A stretch of 64,000 nucleotides of DNA. Origin: Thermodesulfobacteriota bacterium. Its GTDB lineage: Bacteria; Desulfobacterota; Desulfobacteria; Desulfobacterales; C00003060. The translations under genes were made by a program, and so were the position numbers. Positions 55,134-64,000 of the stretch are shown here, piece after piece (the stretch's first letter is position 1; each line of letters opens with the position of its first letter). The notes under the pieces are model-generated. The model was not told the origin of the DNA. It ran no database searches and was given only the letters and a program-made list of their open reading frames with translations. The stretch is from the NCBI GenBank assembly GCA_034189385.1, contig JAXHVD010000006.1:39559-103558 (forward strand). The letters run 5' to 3'.

Positions 55134-56171
55134 CTAGACATTGAAGCGAAAATAGATCACGTCTCCATCTTGCACCACATAGTCCTTCCCCTCCAGGTGG
55201 ACCTTGGCCTCCTTCTTGGCCTCCTGGTAGCTGCCTGCGGTGATCAAATCATCAAAGGCCAAGACCTCGGCACGGATAAAGCCCTTTTTCATGTCAGAGT
55301 GGATCACCCCGGCCCCATCTAATGCCGTTGTCCCCCTGGGAATCATCCAACAGCGCACCTCGTCATGAACCACGGTGAAAAATGAGATAAGACCCAGCAA
55401 ATCACAGGACTGTCGGACAACCCTATCGGCGGCCAGTCCCTTGACATGATAGGCTTCCAAGAACTCTTCTGCCTCTTCAGGCGAGAGCTCGGCAAGCTCT
55501 GTTTCAAGCTTTCCCCGAACCACAACGGCCTTGGTCAGGGCCGAGGAATCATACCCAGGAGGGTAGTCTTCGTCTTCATCGTCGTTGTTATAGACGATCA
55601 GGGCTGGTTTTGCCGAAAGAAAAGTATATCCCCTGAGAAGGGGGGCTGCGGCCAGTTCAGGATCATCCCGAAGGGGCCTTTCATCCTCCAGGACCTTTCG
55701 GCATCTCTCCAGAAGCCCGCGCTCCTCATGGTTGATCTCCTTGCCCCGTTTTCTGTCCAGGTCCATGCGTTCCATGCGCTTTTCCACGACCACAAGATCA
55801 GCAAAGACCATGTCGCTCTCAAGGCTGAGAAGGTCCTCCTGCGGGTGCGGGGCATCGGCCCCTGGCAAAGAAAAATTGCGCACCACATGGACCAGGGCAT
55901 CACAGGGACGCACCTCGCTCCAGAGGCCTTCACTTTCCTTCCTATCTTGGGTCTGAGTCGCGGCCCCCCACGGGAGGATGTATTCCAAATGGACATAGAC
56001 GGTTTTCTTGGGTTTGAAGAGTTTGGTCAGGGCTTCAACACGCTCATCGGGGACACAGACGGTGCCGATCAGGGGCGCCTTTTTCCCCCATTCTTCGGGC
56101 TTGCTCCCTGTAAGGGCCTGGAAGACCGTGGATCTGCCTGATCCTGGAAGACCTATCATCCCGAGTCTCAT
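55134..56171 (-). CDS. ychF: YchF/OLA1-family P-loop NTPase with an atypical Walker A
   Basis: The C-terminal module GFIRAEVLAFDDL...LEGKDYVVQDGDVIYFRFNV is diagnostic for YchF. The N-terminal P-loop reads GLPGSGRST, with Arg (AGA, verified in the DNA) in place of the canonical Lys. Confidence 0.75.
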   Translation of the reverse strand: MRLGMIGLPGSGRSTVFQALTGSKPEEWGKKAPLIGTVCVPDERVEALTKLFKPKKTVYVHLEYILPWGAATQTQDRKESEGLWSEVRPCDALVHVVRNFSLPGADAPHPQEDLLSLESDMVFADLVVVEKRMERMDLDRKRGKEINHEERGLLERCRKVLEDERPLRDDPELAAAPLLRGYTFLSAKPALIVYNNDDEDEDYPPGYDSSALTKAVVVRGKLETELAELSPEEAEEFLEAYHVKGLAADRVVRQSCDLLGLISFFTVVHDEVRCWMIPRGTTALDGAGVIHSDMKKGFIRAEVLAFDDLITAGSYQEAKKEAKVHLEGKDYVVQDGDVIYFRFNV

Positions 56172-56332
56172 GGTCTAGACCTAGTCCTTGGTGAGCTTTC
56201 ACAACCGTTGTGGCATTGAAAAGACAGGGGCAACCGCCAGATCATCTATGGGTTTTTCCTTTACAAATCCTCTCTGATATAGTTGATATCAAGCAACCTG
56301 GCAAGGTTTTGTGGAAGCCAGGCTTATTGCCC

Positions 56333-57127
56333 ATGAACCGATGGCCTATACAAATGAGACACATTACAAATCTCACCGTCTTTCTGTTTCTGACTCTCAT
56401 CGCACCAGCCCTGGCCCTCGGGGCAGAGGAATTCCCCAAGCCAAAGGGCCTCGTCAACGACTTTGCCAATGTCCTCTCCGCCGATGTCGAACAGCGGCTC
56501 CTTGGGATTACCGGAGAGCTTCTGAAAAAGACCCAGGTGCCTATCATCGTTGTGACCATGCCGGAGATCGGCGGTGAAGATTACAACGAATATGCCAACC
56601 GCCTTTATGAGGCATGGGGAATCGGGAAAAAAGGAGAGGATCAAGGCGTCCTTCTGTTTGTCACCATCAAAGAGCGGAAGATGCGCATCGAAATCGGCTA
56701 CGGCCTAGAAGGGCTCATCCCCGATGGCCTGGCCGGCCAGATCCGCGACCAGTATATGATCCCCTATTTGAGGCAAAACCAATTCGGCAAAGGGCTCTTA
56801 AACGGCACCCTTGCCATTGCCCAAATCATTGCCAAGGATGAAGGTGTACGCCTCACAGGCCAAGCTGCCGTGAGGCCGCCTCCTGAAAGAGGCTTCAGTT
56901 TTAAAAAAGTCTTTCTTCTGTTCGTCTTTCTTGGGCTTCTCTTATCCATGGGACGGAGACGAGGCGGAATCTGGCCCCTCTTGTTGCTCATGGGCATGGG
57001 CCGGGGCGGCTATTCCGGAGGATATGGCCGGGGCGGTTTTGGCGGGAGCTTTGGCAGCTTTGGTGGTGGTTTTGGCGGTTTTGGCGGCGGCATGAGCGGG
57101 GGCGGCGGCGCTGGCGGGGGGTTTTGA
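56333..57127 (+). CDS. TPM-domain (YgcG-like) membrane protein with Gly-rich C-terminal tail
   Basis: It has a signal peptide and the TPM pattern GLVNDFANVLS...ED.A..L...WGIG....D.G.LL........R.EIGYGLEG. A TM segment and a GGFGG-rich tail follow. The start is at 56333 or 56354. Confidence 0.8.
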   Translation: MNRWPIQMRHITNLTVFLFLTLIAPALALGAEEFPKPKGLVNDFANVLSADVEQRLLGITGELLKKTQVPIIVVTMPEIGGEDYNEYANRLYEAWGIGKKGEDQGVLLFVTIKERKMRIEIGYGLEGLIPDGLAGQIRDQYMIPYLRQNQFGKGLLNGTLAIAQIIAKDEGVRLTGQAAVRPPPERGFSFKKVFLLFVFLGLLLSMGRRRGGIWPLLLLMGMGRGGYSGGYGRGGFGGSFGSFGGGFGGFGGGMSGGGGAGGGF

Positions 57128-57231
57128 GATGAGTTGTGAAGTTGAGAGTTCAGCGTTCCGAGTTCAAAGACTCCGGCCGAAAGGGAAGACCCTAACAGGG
57201 AATCCGGAACAATCTTCCAGGAGCGAATATC

Positions 57232-57966
57232 ATGTCCAAGATACCCAAAGAACCTCGTGAGGTTTTTTCCGACATCACTAGCGATTACAAGGCACTCTTT
57301 GCTGATGATCTGGTTTCCATTATACTTTACGGCAGTGCGGCCAGCGGAGAGTACATGGCCGGCAAGTCAGATATCAACTTCATGATAGTGCTTTCTGATA
57401 ATGGCATCGATTCTCTTGAACGGACCTTTGAAGTGATCAAGAAATGGAAGAAACGAAAAGTGGCAACGCCCCTATTTCTAACGGAAGACTATATTCGCAC
57501 ATCACTCGATGCCTTTCCCATCGAGTACCTAAATTTTCAGAACTGCCACCAGCTGGTATACGGCAAAGATATCTTAAAAGATCTCACCTTTGACCGCGAT
57601 TATGTAAGGCTTCAGTGTGAAAGGGATATCAAGGGGAAACTCTTACTTCTAAGGGAGGCCTTTCTGGAAACTGGAGGCAAGGGAAAAGACCTTCAGGAAC
57701 TGGTTGCACATTCTGTTCATGCCTTTGTTGCCGTCTTTAATGGGCTCCTTTACCTGAAAGGAAAAGAGGTTCCTCGCCGTAAACGGGACGCCGTGGCACA
57801 GGTCTGTGACACCTTTGACCTGGAAAAGGCCCTATTTGAAAAGCTTCTCGACATTAGGGAAAAGAAGATCACGCTATCGGCTACAGAGATGGCCGGCGTG
57901 TTTCAAGCGTACCTGAAACAAGTGAGGAATATGTGGAAACAGTTGGATAGACTGGACACAGAATAA
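57232..57966 (+). CDS. Nucleotidyltransferase-fold protein (KNTase-like N-terminal domain plus helical C-terminal domain)
   Basis: It has the pattern LYGSAASGEY..GKSDINFMIV (GS...D.D minimal NTase motif). The product is 244 aa. Confidence 0.65.
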   Translation: MSKIPKEPREVFSDITSDYKALFADDLVSIILYGSAASGEYMAGKSDINFMIVLSDNGIDSLERTFEVIKKWKKRKVATPLFLTEDYIRTSLDAFPIEYLNFQNCHQLVYGKDILKDLTFDRDYVRLQCERDIKGKLLLLREAFLETGGKGKDLQELVAHSVHAFVAVFNGLLYLKGKEVPRRKRDAVAQVCDTFDLEKALFEKLLDIREKKITLSATEMAGVFQAYLKQVRNMWKQLDRLDTE

Positions 57967-58017
57967 GGGCTTCTCACAATTGCCCTAAAATGATGTTTTT
58001 TCAAGGGAGGTAGTTCA

Positions 58018-58593
58018 ATGACAGGAGGACAAAAAACTGCGCTCATCGTCATAGGGGTTATCGTACTTCTTGTGCTCATTCCCTTTTCCTATCTGAAGGG
58101 GACCTACAATAGCCTCGTCAGTATGGACGAGGGGATCAAAGGGGCCTGGGCCCAGGTGGAAAACCAGCTTCAGCGCCGCTACGACTTGATCCCCAATCTT
58201 GTGGAGACCGTGAAGGGATACGCCAAGCACGAAAAAGAAGTGCTAATGGGTGTCACTCAGGCTCGTTCCAAGGTTGCCGGCGCAGGGAACATTAACGAAA
58301 AGATTGCGGCAAACAATCAACTCTCCTCAGCCCTGGCCCGCCTTTTAGTAGTCGTGGAGCGGTATCCTGATCTAAAAGCCAATACGAATTTCATTCGCCT
58401 TCAAGACGAATTGGCAGGAACAGAGAACAGGATTGCCGTAGAACGTCGCCGTTTCAATGAGGCAGTGAAGGCCTTTAACGCCAGGATCAGGACCTTTCCC
58501 ACGAACCTGATTGCCGGGATGTTTAGTTTTGAAAAGGGCACCTACTTCGAAGTACCTGAAGAAAAACAAGAGGCCCCTAAAGTAAAGTTTTAG
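58018..58593 (+). CDS. lemA: LemA family protein
   Basis: It has an N-terminal TM segment followed by YNSLV...V..AWA.VE.QLQRRYDLIPNLV..VKGYA.HE, the canonical LemA pattern. Confidence 0.88.
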   Translation: MTGGQKTALIVIGVIVLLVLIPFSYLKGTYNSLVSMDEGIKGAWAQVENQLQRRYDLIPNLVETVKGYAKHEKEVLMGVTQARSKVAGAGNINEKIAANNQLSSALARLLVVVERYPDLKANTNFIRLQDELAGTENRIAVERRRFNEAVKAFNARIRTFPTNLIAGMFSFEKGTYFEVPEEKQEAPKVKF

Positions 58594-58594
58594 A

Positions 58595-61500
58595 ATGGAG
58601 TATATTGCTGATCTTCATATCCATTCCTACCTTTCAAGGGCAACAGCCAAGAACCTGAACCTCGAATATCTGAACTTGTGGGCCCAGCTAAAGGGAATCA
58701 CTGTGCTTGCCACTGGTGACTTCACCCACCCCCAATGGTTTTCAGAGCTTTCTGAAAAGCTTGAGCCAAAAGAAGATGGTCTCTTTGCCCTAAGGCCGGC
58801 CTTTGCCGCAGAGACGGCCCCCATGGTGCCACCGACCTGTCAAGGGCCAGTCCGGTTCATGTTGTGTGTGGAGATCAGCAGTATCTATAAGAAGGATGGC
58901 AAGACCCGCAAGGTCCACAATCTCATCTTTGCCCCCACCCTTGAGGCAGCGAAAAAGATCAACCAGAGACTGGAACGGATCGGCAACATTGCCTCTGATG
59001 GAAGGCCTATCTTGGGCCTTGATTCCAAGACGCTCCTTGAAATCGTCCTTGAGACATCAGAAGATGCCTTTCTCATACCAGCCCACATCTGGACACCATG
59101 GTTTTCCGTACTCGGTTCAAAATCAGGTTTTGACTCCATTGAGGAATGTTTTGAGGACCTCACTTGTCACATCTTTGCCTTAGAGACAGGCCTTTCAGCA
59201 GACCCTGCCATGAACTGGCGGCTCTCCGCCTTGGACAGGTTTACGCTGGTTTCCAATTCTGACGCCCATTCGCCCGCAAACCTTGGCCGGGAAGCTAACC
59301 TATTTGACACAGAACCTTCTTATTTTGCTATCAGAGATGCGCTGAAGACGGGCGACCCGAAGCGCTTTTTGGGGACATTGGAGTATTTTGCCGAAGAGGG
59401 GAAGTATCATTTCGACGGCCACCGAAAATGCAAGCAGAGACTTTCCCCCCTTGAGACCCTCCAGAATAAAGGACTGTGCCCTGTCTGCGGCAGGCCCGTT
59501 ACCGTTGGTGTCATGTATCGCGTGGAAGAGTTGGCCGATCGCAAGCCAGGGGCAAAACCAGCAGGGGCACATCCTTACACGAGCCTCCTTCCTTTGACCG
59601 ATGTACTATCAGAGGTCCTCCAGGTAGGACCAAAAAGCAAGAAGGTAACGACAGCCTATGGCGCCCTGGTCGAAAGGCTCGGATCGGAATTTGAGATCCT
59701 AAGGAAGACACCTATAGACGCCCTTGAGCGTCATGGCCCGCCCCTCCTTTCAGAAGCGATTCATCGCATGAGAAACAATCAGGTCACTATTGCCCCAGGA
59801 TACGACGGGGAGTTCGGAACGGTCTCCCTCTTTACAGACGACGAGCGACACCTCCTCCTCGGACAAAAGAGACTGCTAGGAATACCAGCTGGAAGGAGGA
59901 CTACGTGCCGGGCCCAAAACTCTCAACCGTTCTTGTTTGATCAAGCAACAGAAGCAGCCAAGAAGGAACCGCTCGTGGCTGAGACAAGAGCCTCTTTCAT
60001 ACAACCAGAAGCAAACGGAGCAATGGAGGGCTCTGGCACCTGTGAGGGTCTTCTGAAAAACCTGAACGAGGCCCAGCAGGAGGCAGTGCAATATAAAGGA
60101 GGCCCCCTGCTGATCGTGGCAGGGCCAGGCACCGGAAAGACCCGAACGCTGACCCATCGCATAGGTCATCTGCTTCAGGAGGGAATTGCCAAGCCGGAAC
60201 AGGTACTGGCCGTCACCTTTAGTAATAAGGCCGCCCAAGAAATGGCTGAGAGATTGGCAAGGATCGTCCGGGATCAAGAGTCACTGGACAAAACCACCGT
60301 TAAGACCTTCCACGCCCTCTGTCTTCACATCATATCTGAAGAGAGAGATGCCTTGGGAGTTGGGCACCCGATCTGCGTATTGAATGAATTCGACCGCAGA
60401 GATCTTGTCAAAATGGCCATGGAGCAGGCAGGAAGGACCCTTTCGCCTTCGACAGGAAGCCCAGAAAAACTTCTCCATTTCATTTCTTTGGCCAAGCAAC
60501 GTCTGCTTTCTCCAGAAGATGATCTCAGCGGCACTCTCCCTGAGGCCCTCCTGGACCAGTTTCCGACCCTCTATAAGGCCTATGAACACCTTCTTCGGAC
60601 CAGCCATCTTCTCGACTTTGACGACCTTATCTTTCAAACAGTCAGGCTTTTTGAAACCAATGCATCAGCTTGCAAGCAATACCAAGACCGATTTCGTTTC
60701 ATATCCATAGACGAATACCAGGATATCAATCATGCTCAATACAGACTGATTCGGCTTCTGGCGCGGCCCAGCCATGACATCTGCGTGATCGGAGACCCGA
60801 ATCAGGCAATCTATGGATTCAGGGGAGCTGACGTACAGTATTTCCACTGTTTCTGTGCGGATTATCCAGGGGCGAAAACGATTCACTTGAACCAGAACTA
60901 TCGGTCCACAGAAACCATTCTCCGAGCATCTGGACAGGTCATGGGGGCCTGTGGCGGGAAAGGGGATGAAAATGGGGTTTGGTCTGGCATTTACGGAGCC
61001 AAGGTCCTCACCGTTGCCCGACTTCCCACAGAAAGGGCCGAGGCCGAATATATCATTAAGACGATCGATCAGGAGATTGGCGGCATCAGCCATTTCTCCA
61101 TGGATAGCGGTCGCACCGACCCCGCTCACGGGAAGAGGGAACGCAGTTTCTCCGATTTCGCCGTGCTCTTCAGGGTAAAGGATCAGGCAAAGGACCTGAG
61201 AAAGGCCTTTGAACGTTCGGGCATGCCCTTTCAGATGGTTGGAGATGAAAAGCTCGAAGCCCGAAAAGGGATCAGGGAGTTGATTTCTTATCTGAAGGTA
61301 GGACTGTCAGTTAGCACCGATTTTGACCTTCAGCGGATCATCAATTTCCCTCCAAGGGGGATCGGCAGAGGCACTGTTGAGGCACTGACCACATGGTCCC
61401 AAACCACAGCAAAGCCCTTTGCAACTGCTCTTGATCACGGGGCCGAGATCCCCGGCCTGAAACGGCCGGCCAGAGATAGACTCGCGGGCTTTTCAGAAGA

Positions 61501-62059
61501 CCTGAAGAGACTGACAAAGCGCATCCATGGGCAAAAGGTACATGAACAACTTCAACGGATACTAGATCAGTTCAACATCAGAAAGGCCATGTCCAGCGAC
61601 GAAGGCTTCCAGGAAGACCTGGCAACCCTTTTGGCCATATCTCGGGCCTTTGAAGATAGGAGTACAGCATTTCTAACCACCCTTTCCCTTGAAAAAGGGC
61701 AAGATCTGTACGATCCTGCTGCGGAGAGAGTGACCCTGATGACCATGCACGCATCCAAGGGCCTTGAGTTTCCGATCCTCTTTATTGCAGGTTGCGAAGA
61801 CGGCTTGATCCCTTTTCGGAAAAAGGACAATGAGGGAGATCTTTCGGAAGAACAAAGACTATTTTATGTCGCCCTTACTCGGGCCCAGGACAAGGTCTTT
61901 CTCACCCACACCAACCAGAGGCTATGGTTGGGGAGGAAGAACAAGCAGCGCATCTCCCCCTATGTTGAGGCGATACAAGAAGATCTCAAACAATACCGGA
62001 GCCCCTTTTCGGGAAGCCCGGCCCAAGGAAAAAGGGATCACCAGCTAAGCCTTTTTTAG
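58595..62059 (+). CDS. Fusion protein: EndoQ-like PHP-domain nuclease (N-terminal ~430 aa) plus UvrD/PcrA-type superfamily 1 helicase (C-terminal ~650 aa)
   Basis: The N-terminus has MEYIADLHIHS, GDFTHPQW and a zinc-finger-like C..(n)..CPVCGRPVTVGVMYRVEEL, as in the endonuclease Q/TIGR00375 family. The helicase motifs are AGPGTGKT, DEYQDIN, YRS, MHASKGLEF and YVALTRA. Confidence 0.8.
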   Translation: MEYIADLHIHSYLSRATAKNLNLEYLNLWAQLKGITVLATGDFTHPQWFSELSEKLEPKEDGLFALRPAFAAETAPMVPPTCQGPVRFMLCVEISSIYKKDGKTRKVHNLIFAPTLEAAKKINQRLERIGNIASDGRPILGLDSKTLLEIVLETSEDAFLIPAHIWTPWFSVLGSKSGFDSIEECFEDLTCHIFALETGLSADPAMNWRLSALDRFTLVSNSDAHSPANLGREANLFDTEPSYFAIRDALKTGDPKRFLGTLEYFAEEGKYHFDGHRKCKQRLSPLETLQNKGLCPVCGRPVTVGVMYRVEELADRKPGAKPAGAHPYTSLLPLTDVLSEVLQVGPKSKKVTTAYGALVERLGSEFEILRKTPIDALERHGPPLLSEAIHRMRNNQVTIAPGYDGEFGTVSLFTDDERHLLLGQKRLLGIPAGRRTTCRAQNSQPFLFDQATEAAKKEPLVAETRASFIQPEANGAMEGSGTCEGLLKNLNEAQQEAVQYKGGPLLIVAGPGTGKTRTLTHRIGHLLQEGIAKPEQVLAVTFSNKAAQEMAERLARIVRDQESLDKTTVKTFHALCLHIISEERDALGVGHPICVLNEFDRRDLVKMAMEQAGRTLSPSTGSPEKLLHFISLAKQRLLSPEDDLSGTLPEALLDQFPTLYKAYEHLLRTSHLLDFDDLIFQTVRLFETNASACKQYQDRFRFISIDEYQDINHAQYRLIRLLARPSHDICVIGDPNQAIYGFRGADVQYFHCFCADYPGAKTIHLNQNYRSTETILRASGQVMGACGGKGDENGVWSGIYGAKVLTVARLPTERAEAEYIIKTIDQEIGGISHFSMDSGRTDPAHGKRERSFSDFAVLFRVKDQAKDLRKAFERSGMPFQMVGDEKLEARKGIRELISYLKVGLSVSTDFDLQRIINFPPRGIGRGTVEALTTWSQTTAKPFATALDHGAEIPGLKRPARDRLAGFSEDLKRLTKRIHGQKVHEQLQRILDQFNIRKAMSSDEGFQEDLATLLAISRAFEDRSTAFLTTLSLEKGQDLYDPAAERVTLMTMHASKGLEFPILFIAGCEDGLIPFRKKDNEGDLSEEQRLFYVALTRAQDKVFLTHTNQRLWLGRKNKQRISPYVEAIQEDLKQYRSPFSGSPAQGKRDHQLSLF

Positions 62060-62120
62060 TGATGAAACCTGAAGAGAAAAATCATCTGCGATTCGTTATT
62101 TAGCAAATCAGGAAGGGACC

Positions 62121-62513
62121 ATGGAAGAGAAGCTAATAGAGATGATAAAACTTGAAAATGGCCTGACTCTTGAGTTCTACGATGCTTCTAGGCCTCTAGC
62201 TGGAGACAGATGGATTGTCTCAATGGTGGCTTCCATAGAAGTGGGCCTCACGCCGGAATACTTCAAAGGCCAAAATTCAGCAGAGATGCTCCTAGAAGAT
62301 ATTGGGGCGGCAATAGGTGATAAAACCGTATACCGCTATGAAAAGATACGCAATTTCATTCCCGAGACCGAAAAGGACAAGGTGTTCAATGGACTTAAAG
62401 AACGCTTCTTGGACGCCAATCTCAGATACCTCTCTAGCCAGGAGTTCCCCCGGAAGCTGATCCTGAAGAAGTATCAAGAAGCTCATGGACGATCTATAAG
62501 ATGGAAGGGCTAA
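62121..62513 (+). CDS. Hypothetical protein (130 aa)
   Basis: The ORF has protein-like composition and a GGAAGGGA Shine-Dalgarno. I recognise no motif. Confidence 0.5.
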   Translation: MEEKLIEMIKLENGLTLEFYDASRPLAGDRWIVSMVASIEVGLTPEYFKGQNSAEMLLEDIGAAIGDKTVYRYEKIRNFIPETEKDKVFNGLKERFLDANLRYLSSQEFPRKLILKKYQEAHGRSIRWKG

Positions 62514-62591
62514 CAGGTCTGCGATCCTCTTCCCACCGGCTTGTGTTTTGACGTGACTGCGGGCAGTGGAGGAAACCAGAAACAGAGCGTT

Positions 62592-63179
62592 TCATGAATC
62601 CCCTTCATAGGAGCCGACAATGATCTCCTCTATGGAACGCTTTGGCACGTGGTGCACGCCTTCCCTATCACGCCAATACTTGATGTCTCCATCAGGTCCC
62701 ACTCTGTCGACCTGAACCGCTTCTTTCGGCTTCCCCAGGGCTACGACAATGAGGATTTCGTAGTGAGGGGGAATCTCTAAGGCCCCGCAAAGTTGCTTTC
62801 TCCTCACGGAGCCGACGATACACCCCCCCAAACCCATTTCCGTGGCGCCCAACAGAATGCTTTGCGCGGCTATGCCGTGATCACATCCGAAGGAGTGACT
62901 GACCTCCTTGTCTCCCAAGACGATGATATATGCCGATGGCCTCTCTCCTTCTGAGGGGCCGGGCCAGTCTTTGAGATAGGCGGCCCATGCAAGGTGAGAG
63001 AATATCACCGCGTTCTTTTCAGTACCGCAAGAAAGTATGTACTTTAAGGGCTGCAGATTAGCTGCTGATGCAGAGAGTCTAGCCAAGTCCACCAGCTCTC
63101 TCAGGGTGGCCATGTCAATGGAAATATCTTCATAAAAACGCCGATAGCTCCTGTTTCTTAAGACTAACCCTCTCACCAT
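62592..63179 (-). CDS. Nitroreductase family protein
   Basis: From the ATG at 63179 the protein reads MVRGLVLRNRSYRRF...ARLSASAANLQP, the typical nitroreductase N-terminus. Confidence 0.8.
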   Translation of the reverse strand: MVRGLVLRNRSYRRFYEDISIDMATLRELVDLARLSASAANLQPLKYILSCGTEKNAVIFSHLAWAAYLKDWPGPSEGERPSAYIIVLGDKEVSHSFGCDHGIAAQSILLGATEMGLGGCIVGSVRRKQLCGALEIPPHYEILIVVALGKPKEAVQVDRVGPDGDIKYWRDREGVHHVPKRSIEEIIVGSYEGDS

Positions 63180-63210
63180 CTTAGAATCCCCCCTGAAGAC
63201 CTGCATATAT

Positions 63211-63777
63211 CTATGAGACATCTCCCAGTTCCAGCTCGAATTTCTGCTCAAGGACCTTGGTTCCCCACTGTGTGCCCTCTCGTTGTTCTGTCAGACGAAA
63301 CCCGGACTTCTCATAAAGATGGCGCGCTGCATCAAGGCCTTCAAAGGTCCAAAGATACACTTTTTTGTAGCTTCTGTTCCTGCAAAAAGAGATGGCCTCC
63401 TCCATGAGTCTCTTGCCCATATCTTGTCCACGTATCTGCTCGGAAAGAATGAACCATCTCAGATGTGCCCCCTCTCTAACTGCATGGACCCCGTCAATAG
63501 CTATGGACCCCTCAACCCTATGGCTCAGACAGACGGTCCAAAATCCGTCACGCCTATTGTCGAAGCGGCAAAGAAAGTCTGACAGTTCTGTGGCAACTTT
63601 CGCCTCGAAGAACAGCCCGAAACTCCAGTTTTGGTAGTAATAGCTTGCGTGCAACTCCACTATTCTACCAATGGCACCTGGAACATAGCCACACAGTTCC
63701 CCACGGATCATCACCCACTCCTGAAAGACATGATACTGGCGTCCCTTTTTCCAAGGGGCGGCCCATAACCACCCCAA
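63211..63777 (-). CDS. GNAT family N-acetyltransferase
   Basis: It has an acetyl-CoA-binding motif region IRGQDMGKRLMEEAISF...VYLWTFEGLDAARHLYEKSGF. The start is uncertain (63777 or 63711). Confidence 0.75.
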   Translation of the reverse strand: MGWLWAAPWKKGRQYHVFQEWVMIRGELCGYVPGAIGRIVELHASYYYQNWSFGLFFEAKVATELSDFLCRFDNRRDGFWTVCLSHRVEGSIAIDGVHAVREGAHLRWFILSEQIRGQDMGKRLMEEAISFCRNRSYKKVYLWTFEGLDAARHLYEKSGFRLTEQREGTQWGTKVLEQKFELELGDVS

Positions 63778-63801
63778 AACGGCCTTGGAAGCGTCGTCAG
63801 G

Positions 63802-63999
63802 CTATCCGTCAGTCCTTTTATTGAGGACGTCGATGACGGTCTTTAACAATAGAAAGAGAAGGCCCGTGTCTTCATCAGTGAGATTGACAGGATCTTCCTC
63901 TTCAGGGGCCTCAAAGAGGGTATCCACCACGTACTTGATAACATATGGCTGAGTGCAGATCTGGACACTGGCGATCCTTTCATAAAATTTATCATGGGC
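63802..63999 (-). CDS. Hypothetical protein, C-terminal 65 aa (5' end outside the window)
   Basis: My reverse translation gives an open frame ...AHDKFYERIASVQICTQPYVIKYVVDTLFEAPEEEDPVNLTDEDTGLLFLLLKTVIDVLNKRTDG, with the stop at 63802..63804. Confidence 0.45.
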   Translation of the reverse strand, partial: AHDKFYERIASVQICTQPYVIKYVVDTLFEAPEEEDPVNLTDEDTGLLFLLLKTVIDVLNKRTDG

Positions 64000-64000
64000 C

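Overview
This 64-kb chromosomal window comes from a moderately GC-rich, Gram-negative-type anaerobe. BamD, a TonB-dependent receptor, a 2-oxoacid:ferredoxin oxidoreductase, a Thi4-type thiazole synthase and an NIL-ferredoxin suggest a Deltaproteobacteria/Desulfobacterota-like organism, but that is inference only. Most of the window is core housekeeping: aroF, mtaB-mnmA, uppP, a phosphomannomutase, an IHF-like protein, plsY, bamD, trxA plus a TrxR-like gene, pgsA, leuA, thi4, priA, a hybrid histidine kinase, a four-subunit 2-oxoacid:Fd oxidoreductase, adenine deaminase, dnaJ, ychF, and TPM/LemA proteins. RNA features are tRNA-Lys(UUU), tRNA-Glu(UUC) and tRNA-Val(GAC). Two cobalamin riboswitches with intrinsic terminators flank a convergent B12-uptake locus. 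There are two candidate leader-peptide attenuators: a Leu-rich leader with a readable terminator/antiterminator upstream of leuA, and a Trp-rich leader upstream of aroF. The roughly 11.7-kb segment between the facing 3' ends of tRNA-Glu (16833) and tRNA-Val (28502) looks accessory. It starts with a duplicated tRNA-Glu 3' half and carries a Fic gene and several decayed defence-gene fragments. It also holds the best candidate for a new system: an operon of a LexA-family S24 repressor, a 1078-aa N6-adenine methyltransferase and a translationally coupled PD-(D/E)XK nuclease. A 20-bp SOS-box-like palindrome lies over the probably leaderless lexA start. A SWIM zinc-finger gene plus a helical partner of unknown function follow. 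Other items worth a second look are an EndoQ-like PHP nuclease fused to a UvrD helicase, a TrxR-like flavoprotein lacking NADPH motifs, an uncharacterised 556-aa exported protein in the B12 locus, and a YchF with a Walker-A Lys-to-Arg change. All calls rest on reading the sequence and the ORF translations; no database search was run.
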